From positions 23,126,001-23,190,000 of the forward strand of contig NC_043001.1 of the NCBI RefSeq assembly GCF_006345805.1: a DNA stretch of 64,000 nt, written 5' to 3'. The position numbers and the translations under genes were made by a program. Numbering within the stretch: the stretch's first letter is position 1; every line of letters starts with the position of its first letter. The notes below the pieces were generated by a model. The model did no database searches, was not told where the DNA came from, and saw only the letters and a program-made list of their open reading frames with translations. The DNA is from Octopus sinensis. Its lineage: Eukaryota. This document shows positions 26,321 to 37,893 of this stretch, one piece after another.

Positions 26321-27163
26321 GGTGCAGTGAATAAACTGTCATCTAAACTATGCAAAAATGAAAATAAATCTGACATCTCATTTTCACAGATATATTTCCA
26401 AAATTACATGAAAATCTCTTGAAATACTAAAGAGTAAATTCATTCAATAAAATCGCTATTGGTTTCAACTGCAGCCTCCAGGCAACTTTGGAATCTCCCA
26501 TAACTCTTCTGGATGTTAAGTCAATGAATGCTGCCATAATCCTTGCCTTCAGTTCACCTTTGATATACAAGGAGTTTTGTCGCTCAACTGTACCCCACAC
26601 ATACTAATCAAGGGGAGTTGCAGTCTGGGAAGTTAGGTGGCCGGATGTTAGAGGTGGTGTAAGTGCAGAAATTGTCTGATGGCCATGACTGTGTTCTCCT
26701 GCTTGTGTGGCATGGTGCAGAGTCCTGTTGCCAGACATAGGGTCTTCCAGCAACCACCCTCTTGACAGTACTACCTCCTTCAGGCACTTGATGTATGCTT
26801 CCGTGTTGAGTTTGGGGCCATGTGGGAAGATGAATGGAGGCATAACATCACCATCACCAGTGATCACTCCAAACACCATATGTTGACTGGATGTTTGGTT
26901 TTCATCACTCTTGGTATATGTCCTCAGATTGCACTGTCATAACACTCTGAAATGTTCATATTGGAGTTTCTGGCACAAATGCCAAGCAGCACAGCATGTC
27001 ATTTCCAAATTTCTGGCAGTGAATTGCGCCATGGTGCTGTTTTTGTAACAGACAGTGCTCGACTGATCCTATTATACTCTATAGTCAACAAAATCAAAAA
27101 CAAACAATGTGTATGCGTGAAATAAAAAATATAAAATGATGACAATTCACCCATCACACCCTG
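26318..27163 (-). mobile_element. Internally deleted Tc1/mariner DD37D (maT-type) transposon
   Basis: TA-flanked imperfect TIRs starting CAGGGTG at both ends; VFGVITGDGDVMPPFIFPHG and WQQDSAPCH...PDCN(P)LD with 37 residues between the two Asp after one frameshift. Confidence 0.9.
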
Positions 27164-27295
27164 TATATATATATATATATATATTGGCCTGCTCGCTTAG
27201 CCAGCGGGGTGGCGTCATTTGAAGGCTAAAACAATGTGAAGCGCATTGTGACCAGCGATGTGTAACAACATCTGATAGCCTGGTCGGTCACGGTG

Positions 27296-27327
<32 letters not shown>

Positions 27328-27419
27328 TATAGCAAGAGAAAAGGAGAGAGAGATAGATGTACATGTACAAACAGACACACATACACACAACTTTATGATT
27401 TCATGCTCAAACTTGAGAT

Positions 27420-27421
27420 AT

Positions 27422-27456
<35 letters not shown>

Positions 27457-27457
27457 C

Positions 27458-27499
<42 letters not shown>

Positions 27500-27776
27500 A
27501 TATATAATATATATATATATACATATATATTATATATATATATATAATATATATATTACATATATAATATACATATATATATATATATATTATACATATA
27601 TATACATATATATATATATATATTATACATATATATACATATTATATATATTATACATATATATACATATATATATATATATATATTATACATATATATA
27701 CATATATATACATATATATTATACATATATATACATATATATTATACATATATATACATATATATATATATATATA
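27420..27776. repeat. Long interrupted (TA)n/(TACA) microsatellite
   Basis: Direct reading. Confidence 0.95.
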
Positions 27777-28209
27777 TTAGAAAAATGAGGTAATCAGATC
27801 AGATGGTTCATATTTGTAGATATTTATTTATATATTACATTTTTTACATATATATCATATCATTCGGATTAGCGCTTGCTCCCATTCTAGTGGGTTTTCA
27901 ATCAAATCAGTTGTGGGTAGTTTGAACCTTTTTATAGTTTCGTAGTAGTGGTTGAGGAGGAAGTGAGGCAGAGAGAAATATGTGTGTATGTGTGTGGTGT
28001 GTGTGTGTGTGTGTGTGCGTGTGTGTGTGTGTGTGTGCGCATTTATATCTGAGAGTGAAGAAGTGTTATTTCCGTTGGTCTGCTGGACCCCCTGTGACAC
28101 TCAGTGACATTGAAATGGACAGCCAAAGTCTTATAAAACCACAGGGGGTCCAGCAGACCAACGGAAATAACACTTCTTCACTCAGATATAAATGCGCACA
28201 CACACACAC

Positions 28210-28247
<38 letters not shown>

Positions 28248-28460
28248 ACATATTTCTCTCTGCCTCACTTCCTCCTCAACCACTACTACGAACTATAAAA
28301 AGGTTCAAACTACCCACAACTGATTTGATTTGAAAACCCACTAGAATGGGAGCAAGCGCTAATCCGAATGATATGATATATATGTAAAAATGTAATATAT
28401 AAATAAATATCTACAAATATGAACCATCTGATCTGATTACCTCAATTTTTCTAATATATA
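27771..28460. repeat. Near-perfect long inverted repeat (arms about 325 bp, 43-bp spacer)
   Basis: 27771-28096 is the reverse complement of 28140-28460; differences are small indels and microsatellite variation. Confidence 0.95.
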
Positions 28461-28519
28461 ATACCTGTACATCATCTCCAAACCTTCCGATATATATATA
28501 TATATATATATATAATATA

Positions 28520-29400
28520 CATATATATATATACATATAAAGTTAATCCAAACATGAAAGCACAAAAAAACACAACAAGCGAGGACGTGGAACAAATATA
28601 GTATTATTGGACGCTCAGGAAAGAAGGAAAGAAGGAGGGTTTAACGTTTCGAGTGGAGCTCTTCATCGGAAACATAGGAGAAGGAAAGATCCAGAGAAGG
28701 GAAGACAGAGGAAAAAAAATCGCCAACGGTACACACGCGGTCATATATATATATATATATTTATATATATACACAGAGAGAGCATGGAATTAAATGTGCC
28801 AAAAGATTGGACACAAACACACCAAGGACAACAAAACACAACACCACACCTCACATTAAATCACACCCTTACATATCAACCCACAACCCCAGAAACAATG
28901 AAGCTTACAACACAATTGTACAAATTCTCCCTCTGCTCACTAAAGACCCGAAAATGAACAACATTCTGAATACACATAAACTCCTCAAGTGCAAAAGACA
29001 AAACAAATCCCTTAAGAGACTCCTAACAAATGCAAAACTGTACTCAACACATACAATACCAACAGTTAAAAAATGCAGATGACCTAATTGTGGCACATGC
29101 CCAAACCTAACTGAAGGCTTGGAATTCATATTCCATCAAGGAGAAAATTTTTTAATTAAAACCAATTTCACATGTGCCTCTCAGGACCTAATTTACGTCC
29201 TAACCTGCTCAGATTGTGGCCACAATTATGAGCGAACATATTGCCAGATGCGCAAGAAATAAAACACCAAATTTCCATATTTTTCCATTATACCAATGCA
29301 AAGATTCAATCTCCTTACAAAAATGCCTAAACAAAGAAACCTTGTTTATACAAAAGTATAGCTACACAGACTTGACCACCTGATCCCTACACATTCCTAT
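28520..29400 (+). mobile_element. Penelope-like element remnant: inverted terminal (pLTR-like) segment, then linker and GIY-YIG endonuclease
   Basis: YISTHNPRN..KRQNKSLKRLLTNAKL..VKKCR*PNCGTCP..IKTNFTCASQDLIYVLTCSDCG..NKETLFIQKY. Confidence 0.85.
28639..28673 (-). ncRNA. Minimal type I hammerhead ribozyme variant (U4 changed to C, extra A after A9)
   Basis: GUUU-CCGAUGA-A-GAG(CUCCA)CUC-GAAA-CG-U-U-AAAC: 4-bp stem I, 3-bp stem II, palindromic ACGU stem III. Confidence 0.6.
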
Positions 29401-29798
29401 TTCAAAATCAAATTTATTTACCACTATTCAATAATACGGAGGAGGTAGTTGTCCCTCTTGCCACATGTTGCCTCCATTATCCAGTCTCTCCATTCATTTT
29501 TACTTTTCAAGAAATCCAAAATGGCAAAATTCCTTGCCTCAAAAAATTATTACTTCACAATGTCCCTTGAAAAGCTAATTTAAATAGCGAAAACTGGTTG
29601 GATATCACTACATTTTATGAGACTTTTACCATCCACAAAATATGCATATATATATATTGTTTTATGAAAAGATATTAAAATTTTGTGAAATGAAGGCATT
29701 TCTCTTCCCCTTTTTTTATGTTTTCCACATATTTTCACTACATAATTCTGCCACGTAGTGTATACTGATTCTCCAACATTTTTGCTCCTTTTATATAT

Positions 29799-29861
<63 letters not shown>

Positions 29862-29890
29862 GCATGTGTATATATATATATGTTTATATA

Positions 29891-30744
29891 CCAGCTGGTG
29901 TACTCGGTAATTCCCAAGGGTAAAGATGTTCTATTGAAACACAATATTACTCTGATATAAGAAAGAAATTTCATTATAACTGCCACAAACGGTGTATTTT
30001 CCGTCACAAAAAAGCACAAAAACTGTCAACTGGAGGAGGGAGAGATTGTTAGAGGTTGGTGAGAGAGGTTGTTGGAGGTTGTTGAGAGGCAAAGACATTT
30101 TTCTGCTTAGCAAAGGCATCTGGGAAATGTATAACTGCTGTCATTCACAGAAAAACTATTGTTTTACAGTGACAAAAGCACTGTTGAAGTGTCAAGTGAA
30201 ATTTGGCAATTGAGGATCAAATCCACAATGTGCCTACATGAAGCCACTACAAATACATTGTGGAATAAAAATTATCTACTGTCATGGAAAAAGTGTAACT
30301 GTAAAAATGCAGAATTATCGGAGTAATGGGCATTCAAAAAAGTATGTGTGTATTGAAATGTATGAATGAAGTCTTTAATGTGTAAGAATCAAATTAAAGA
30401 AGTGCAATAATAATGTTTAGCAGTACAAAACAGTGAATAGTGAAATGCAGAATTAGGTCAGCTGATCGTGAGAATCAAATATTGATCGCTTCATTAAAAA
30501 CTGCAGGTGGTATGGGCTATTTCCCTTGCATGTTTAAAAACAATTAGCTATATGAGGGAGATATAAATGTCCCTTCCAGGGACCGTATTATCGATGTTTT
30601 CAACAATCTAAGTATATCATGAAGTTTCCAAACATGAGCTCTACTCACGTTCAAGTTCATCAAAATCAATAAAACTATGTAGTAGGAGTTAGCTAACAAT
30701 GCAACAAACAAACACACACTGATATTCCAAATATGTAGTAATAT

Positions 30745-30745
<1 letters not shown>
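29891..30745 (+). mobile_element. Probable non-autonomous Helitron-like element
   Basis: 5' ccagctggtgtactcggtaattcccaagggtaaa and 3' aagttcatcaaaatc...aggagtt...acaaacaaacacacac...tagta resemble termini of animal non-autonomous Helitrons (from memory). Confidence 0.4.
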
Positions 30746-30779
<34 letters not shown>

Positions 30780-30783
30780 GAAA

Positions 30784-30830
<47 letters not shown>

Positions 30831-30835
30831 AAATA

Positions 30836-33150
30836 TTAGGGAATAAATCCAAATTTACAGGGAAAAAATCAGATTTAGGATTAAATCCAATTTTATAGTA
30901 AAATATTATAAAATATTATTAGAGACAAAAGCACTATTTTGCAAAACAAACAAGGAAAGACTTAATCAATACATAAAATTTTAATAAATAGTCAAAAAAA
31001 AAAAAACCGCCACTACAATTGTTTCTTGTCTTGATCGACAATCTTCAGGTGGACTTCCAATCTAAAATATCAATATTTTAAAATATAAAAATAATAATTT
31101 TAAAATAATTAAAGTATGAATGAAAAAATATAAATATATAATCCATATATAACCTATATATAATCCATATATAATCAATATATAAACAATATATAAACTA
31201 AAATAAACCTATCAACAATTAAATATAAAATATAAAATATAAAATATAAAATATAAAACAAAACAAAAAATAATAATAATATAATAATAAACTATATATA
31301 CACCCATACACATATACCTAATTATATATAACCATATCTAACTACATACACTAAATCACACACCTATATATATATCCCTATACATACACATAAAAACGTC
31401 TAGGCAACTATAAATAAATAAAATAGCTAAATACTTCAACACAATACTTATTCATACTCCCACACACACACACATACAACCCACATTCACGCTCTAGAAA
31501 ACGGACATCACTTAAAATTATGAACGGAGAAATGGAATAAATGGAATTAAAAATTATATTCACTTGGTAAAACGAACACTACTTAAAAATTATGAATGAA
31601 ACAATGCAATAAAACAACAGACATCGCAAATAGACACAATTACTACGAATTCCTTAACAAACCTACCATGATAAACCAAAACTCATAAAAACATATAATG
31701 ATAAAATCTCCCTTTACTAAACTCTATAACATACCTATATAGCAATCCCCCTAACCTAAACATTCACACACAAATACACACACATAAACTACACACCCAC
31801 GACATATACAAATACCCACACCACTTACACATACCTATACATACATATAAACCTCAACATATACTCCAAAAACCCACTCAACCCCACACAGACAAATAAA
31901 CACAAAAATTATGAATGGATTCTTTTATAAAACTACCATGATAAGCTAAAACTCACAAAACATAAATGATAAAACCTCCCTTTACTAAACACTATAACAT
32001 ACTTATATAGCAATCCCTTTAACCTATACATTCACACACAAATACACACACGTAAACCACACACACCCATAACAAATACAAACACCCACCCCACTCACAC
32101 ACACCCACAAGTACATATAAGCCTCAACATATACACCAAACAAAATTACTTTACCAAGGAACTTAACATATGTATAAAAAGTATAACCGCTCTGGAAACG
32201 AACATCTTTTAAAATAATGAATGGAGAAATGGAATAAATGGAATTAAAAATAATATTCACGTGGCAAAACGAACACCACTCAAAAATTATGAATGAAACA
32301 ATGTAATAAAACAACCAACATCGAAAATAGACAAATTACCACGAATTCCCTAAAAAAACCATGATAAACCAAAACTCTTAAAAACATATAACGATAAAAT
32401 CTCCCTTTGCTAAACTCTATAACAAACCTATATAGCAATCCCCCTAACCTAAACATTCACACACAAATACACACACGTAAACCACAGACCCACGACTTAT
32501 ACACATACCTATACTAACTTATAAACCTCAATATACACCAAAAACCCACTCCCTCCCCACACAGACAAATTAACACATACATCCCAAAACCTAAATAACA
32601 AACCCATATACACATTCACACACAAACACACACACACACGCAAAACACACACACAACAGATACATATACTCCCTCACATATACGCATATACATACTCACT
32701 AAACTCGATATATACAACAATATTTACACACCCACACTCATACAGATAAATAAATTATACAACTAAAAACTCACACACAATCTCATATACATAAACACTC
32801 CTATGAAAAACAACATTAAATACATCGTATTAACCAGAATATCAAAAATAACAATATGACATAAGGAGAAATAAAATACATACTTACAAGTCAGTTTCAA
32901 ATTATGAAGTGAAATTAAATTCTTAGCCGTTAAAAAAATCAAACCAAAATTACGTTACCATAGAAATATAACTTATGTAAAAAAAGAATACGTGCCATGG
33001 AAAGTAAACGTCATTTAGAATTATGAATGGAGAAATAGAATAAATGGAACTAAAAACTATATCCACGTGGCAAACCAACACTACTTAAAAAAAAAAAAAA
33101 AAAAAAAAATTTATTATGAATGGATTCTTTAAAAAACTACCATGATAAAT
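30836..33150 (-). mobile_element. Hammerhead-bearing, probably Penelope-derived element with internally triplicated modules; extra terminal fragment at 34165-34270
   Basis: Terminus attaggga.ta...ccaaa.ttacagggaaaaa is shared with 34170; hammerhead at 31010; repeated ggagaaatggaataaatggaa and ccatgataa modules. Confidence 0.55.
31010..31052 (-). ncRNA. Type I hammerhead ribozyme with an intact core
   Basis: CCAC-CUGAAGA-UUGUC(GAUCAA)GACAA-GAAA-CAAUUG-U-A-GUGG; all core nucleotides present; predicted cleavage after GUA at 31014. Confidence 0.8.
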
Positions 33151-33315
33151 TATTATATACATTTATGAGCTTTAGCTCATCTTAGCAGCTCTAACAAACA
33201 ACTTGCAGTAACCCAAATCTATTCTCGATGCCTGCCTTACTACTACACTATTCCATTCACAATTCCAAGCAACGCTAGTCCACCACCCGGTTACAATTCC
33301 CAACTCCACTATAAA

Positions 33316-34045
33316 TATACATGTTTATGGTCATTTCCTTCAGATGGATGAGGAGAGATGTGTGAAGAAGTACCACTCCCAAACAGTTGAAGGAATCCAG
33401 GGTAGAGGTAGACCCAGGAAGACATGGAATGAGGTGGTCAAGCATGACCTTCGAACATTGGGCCTCACAGAGGCAATGACGAAAGACTGAGACCTCTGGA
33501 GATATGCTGTAACTGTGAAGAGCCGACAAATAACGTGAGTTCATGGTTGTTTCCTGCAGCAGCAAGTAACGTGAGTTCATGGCTGTTTCCTGCACCAGCT
33601 TCACATAACAGCCCCAGCCCATCCAAAGTACCTTGGACCACAAGACGGCCTGCTGTGCTTACCTTGGATCGTAGGGTGACCTGTTGTGCTTGGGGAGACC
33701 TATTGACTCAAGTACATCAACATCAAAATAAAAATCAAATGGAAATTGCAGTTGTGACACCTGAGCCGGTGGCACGTAAAAAACACCATCTGAACGTAGC
33801 CGATGCCAGTGCTACGTGACTGGCGTCCGTGCCTGTGGCACGTAAAAGCCGCCAACCGATTGGATGCCGCCAGCCTCCTCTGGCCCCTGTGCCGGTGGCA
33901 CATAAAAAGTACCCACTACACTCACAGAGTGAGTTACAAAGAGCATTCAGCTGTAGAAACACTGCCATATCAGACTGGAGCCTGGTGCATCCTCCTGGCT
34001 TCCCAGATCCTGGTCAAACCGTCTAACCCATGCTAGCATGGAAAA
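33316..34045 (+). mobile_element. RTE LINE 3' fragment (ORF end and 3'UTR)
   Basis: YGHFLQMDEERCVKK..GRGRPRKTWNEVVKHDLRTLGLTEAM; ends gttaaatgatgat. Confidence 0.9.
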
Positions 34046-34142
34046 CGGGCGTTAAATGATGATATATGTATATATATCTATATATATATATATGTATGTA
34101 TATATATATATGTATATATACATATATACATACACACACATA

Positions 34143-34173
<31 letters not shown>

Positions 34174-34686
34174 AGGGAGTATAGCTCCAAACTTACAGGG
34201 AAAAATTCAATTTAGTATTAAATCAAATTTCACATTATAAATATATAAAATATGAATTAGAGATAAAACCACTATTATGCATAATAATAATAATAATAAT
34301 AATAATAATTGATGAAGGAAACGGAAGATAGATTTAGCACTAACCTTTATTCAGTACAGCAATCATTTCAACCCAACCTGCAATTGTTTGTCATGGGTAG
34401 GATTTTATGCATGTATCTGATGTAATACAAACTGCACATATTGGTGCAACATAATTAGATGCACAAAATCCAACCCATAATGGACAGTTACAGGATGGGG
34501 TGAAGTGATTATTGTACTGAATAAAGACTAGTGTTAAATCTATCTTCCATTTCCTTCATCAATTATTATTATCAAAACTAACACTGCAGAATTCCTGATG
34601 TAGATCCAAAGGAAATATAGTCCAAACTGTGAATGTGCTTTATTCCACACACTAATTGACATATATCCAGTAGTCCAAAAAATTAC

Positions 34687-34731
<45 letters not shown>

Positions 34732-36104
34732 TATATATTATATATATATTTTATTCTTTTATTTGTTTCAGTCATTTGACTCTGGTCATGCTGGGGCACC
34801 ATCTTTAATCAAACACATCAACCCCAGCACTCACTCTTTGTAAGCCTAGTACTTATTCTACCAGACTCTTTTGCTGAACTGCTAAGTTACAAGAACAAAA
34901 ACACACCAGCATTAGTTGCCAAGCAATGGGTGGGGAGACAAACACAGACACACAAATAAATACACACACACATATATACAATAGGCTTCTTTCAGTTTCC
35001 ATATGCCAAATTCACTCATAAGGCTTTGGTCAGCCCCAGGCTATAGTAGAAGACACTTGCCCCAGGTACCATGCAGTGGGACTGAACCTGGAACCATGTA
35101 GTTGGTAAGCAAGCTACTTACCACACACCCACTAAAAACAACCAACATGAGAAACAACTATAAATGTTAGAGCTCAATATAATGCACCATGTTAAATTCT
35201 GAAGCTTCACAGATTTATTGCACTACCATGTAGAATGAAAGATACAGAATGGAACTGATATAAAAATATATATCATCATCATCATTTAACATCTGCCTCC
35301 ATGTTAGCATGGGTGGGACGGTTTCACAACAGCCGGCCATGCAGAAGCCTGCACAAGATGTCTGTGACTGTTTTGGCAGGATTTTTACAGCTGGATGTCC
35401 TTCCTAACATGAACCACTCAACAGAAATAAAATTTATCAACACCCTAATTATGTTACAACATAAGTACTGGAGTCAACTCATTCAACTAAGAATTCTTCA
35501 AAGCAGTGCCCCAGCCTAGCCACAGCCTAAGGACTGAAACAAGTAAAATATAAAGGATAAACAAATGTAAAAATTGTTCTCCCTTCCATAGTATTTGAAA
35601 CCACATACTAGTTTTTCAAAATTATGAAGAATTTTAAAAGCTACAGTGTTCCAATATATACAGTCAACAGAATATCATGTATGAGAAACAAGTTAAAGTA
35701 TGTGCGTGTAAAAGTCAGAACAGAGGGAAAGAGTTTACCACTCCATTATAACTACCAGTCTGTGGGGTTGAGTTATTCACTTTTACAGAAGCAGAAGATA
35801 TGGAGATAAACAAAACTTGAAAAATGACTGAGGCCATAAAATTAGTGGTAGCCCATACTACTCATGATATTTTATATGTGTGTGTGTGTATACGTACGTA
35901 TGTATGTATGTATGTATGCATGTATGTATGTATGTATATATGTATATATAACGATGATGATGATGATATATATAAAATACCTTTAAAGGTTAAAATTATA
36001 AACAATTATAATTTTAACCTTTAAATGTATTTTAATATGCTGCCACTTTTTTGATGAAATTTTTTTCTGTAAAAAAACTTAATCCTATATTATTAGTATA
36101 TATC

Positions 36105-37190
36105 ATCATCGTTCGTTCATCGTTTAACGTCCGTTTTCCGCGCTAGCACGGGTTGGATGGTTCGACCGGGGTCTGGGAAGCCAGGGGCTGCTCCAGGCTC
36201 CAGTCTGATCTGGCAGAGTTTCTACGGCTGGATGCCCTTCCTAACGCCAACCACTCCGCGAGTGTAGTGGGTCCTTTTTACGTGCCACCTGCACAGGTGC
36301 CAGGGGGGGATCCGGAATCGGCCACGATCGGTTCGAGCTTTTAACATGCCAGCGGCAAGGAAGCCAGCCAAGGCGGCGCTGGCAACGTTTGGATGGTGCT
36401 TTTTATGTGCCACCGGCACAGAAGCCAGTCGAGGCGGCGCTGGCACTGGCCACGTTCGGATGGTCTTTTTATGTGCCACCGGCACAGAAGCCAGTCGGAG
36501 CAGCACTGGCATCGGCCACATTCGGATGGTGCTTTTTATGTGCCACCGGCACAGAAGCTAGTCGGGGCGGCACTGGCATCGGCCACGTTCAGATGGTGCT
36601 TTTTATGTGCCACCGGCACAGAAGCCAGTCGGGGCGGCACTGGCAATGGCCACGTTCGGATGGTGCTTTTTATGTGTCACCGGCACAGGTATCACAACTA
36701 CTGTTTCCATTGATATTTGGTTCGATGTTCATGTACATGCACTTGACTCAACAGGTCTCCTCAAGCACAGCGAGATGTTCCGGGATCCAAGGTACTTTGA
36801 ATGGGCAGGGAGTATGCGGAACTGGTGCCGGAAGCATCCCGGGTCTTAGTAGTCACAGCACATCTCCAGAGATCTCGGTCCTTCGCCATTGCCTCAGTGA
36901 GGCCCAACGCTCTGAGGTCATGCTTGACTACTTCATCCCATGTCTTCCTGGGTCTACCTCTCCCCCCAATTCCTTCAACTGTTCGGGAGTGGCACTTCTT
37001 CACACATCTCTCCTCATCCATCCGCAGTACATGACCATACCATCGCAAGCGTCGCTCTTGCACACCGCATCTGATGCTTCTTATGCCTAGCATTTCTCGC
37101 AGGGTGCTTACACTCTGTCGTGCATTCACACTGACATTACACATCCAGCGGATCATGCTAGCTTCATTTCTTTCAAGTCTACGCATGAAG
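36105..37190 (-). mobile_element. Young RTE LINE 3' fragment with a 67-bp VNTR in the 3'UTR
   Basis: ORF 36761-37186 RRLERNEASMIRWMCNV..RLRWYGHVLRM..GRGRPRKTW; CpG-rich; VNTR unit starts at 36406, 36472, 36539, 36606 and 36673. Confidence 0.93.
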
Positions 37191-37424
37191 CTATATATAT
37201 ATATGTGCTTTTTTGTGCTTTCTTGTTTGGATTGACTTTATATATATATATCATCATCATCGTCGTTTAGCATCCGTTTTCCATGCTAGCATGGGTTGGA
37301 CGGTTCTACTGGGGTCTGTGAAGCCAGAAGGCTTCATCAGGCCCAGTCAAATCTGGCAGTGTTTCTACGGCTGGATGCCCTTCCTAACGCCAACCACTCC
37401 GTGAGTGTAGTGGGTGCTTTTTAC

Positions 37425-37649
37425 GTGCCACCCGCACAGGTGCCAGACAGAGCTGGCAAACGGCCACGAACGGATGGTGCTTTTTATGTGCCACTGGCAC
37501 AAGGGCCAGGCGAGGCTGGCAACGGACACGAAATGGGGCGGTGCGTGTCCGTTGCCAGCCTCGCCTGGCCCTTGTGCCAGTGGCACATAAAAAGCACCAT
37601 CCGTTCGTGGCCGTTTGCCAGCTCCGTCTGGCACCTGTGCGGGTGGCAC
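37425..37649. repeat. Foldback hairpin of RTE 3'UTR sequence (106-bp arms, 13-nt loop, one mismatch)
   Basis: 37425-37530 is the reverse complement of 37544-37649; loop aaatggggcggtg. Confidence 0.95.
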
Positions 37650-37665
37650 ATATATATATATACAG

Positions 37666-37698
<33 letters not shown>

Positions 37699-37893
37699 GG
37701 GATGGAGTGCATGTGTGTTTATATATAAAATATGTACACACACAGGTATATATGTTGATACTGGAGTTAACAAATGAAAGAATGCCAAATACATTCATTG
37801 AAAACTGGAGTTATTAACTCTTTACACACAAACACACACACATATATATATATATATGTTAGACGTATTGGGGGTGATGTTCAGATTTAATAC

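Noticed and set aside
28097-28139. Palindrome spacer as an uncleaved sequencing adapter
   Set aside because: Does not resemble the SMRTbell adapter as I recall it; other artefacts are not excluded
31100-33150. Mitochondrial insertion (NUMT) suggested by strand skew
   Set aside because: No recognisable mitochondrial gene, tRNA or rRNA; linked to a hammerhead terminus instead
36335-36690. CRISPR-like repeat-spacer array
   Set aside because: The spacers are homologous to one another; it is a VNTR in a LINE 3'UTR in eukaryotic DNA
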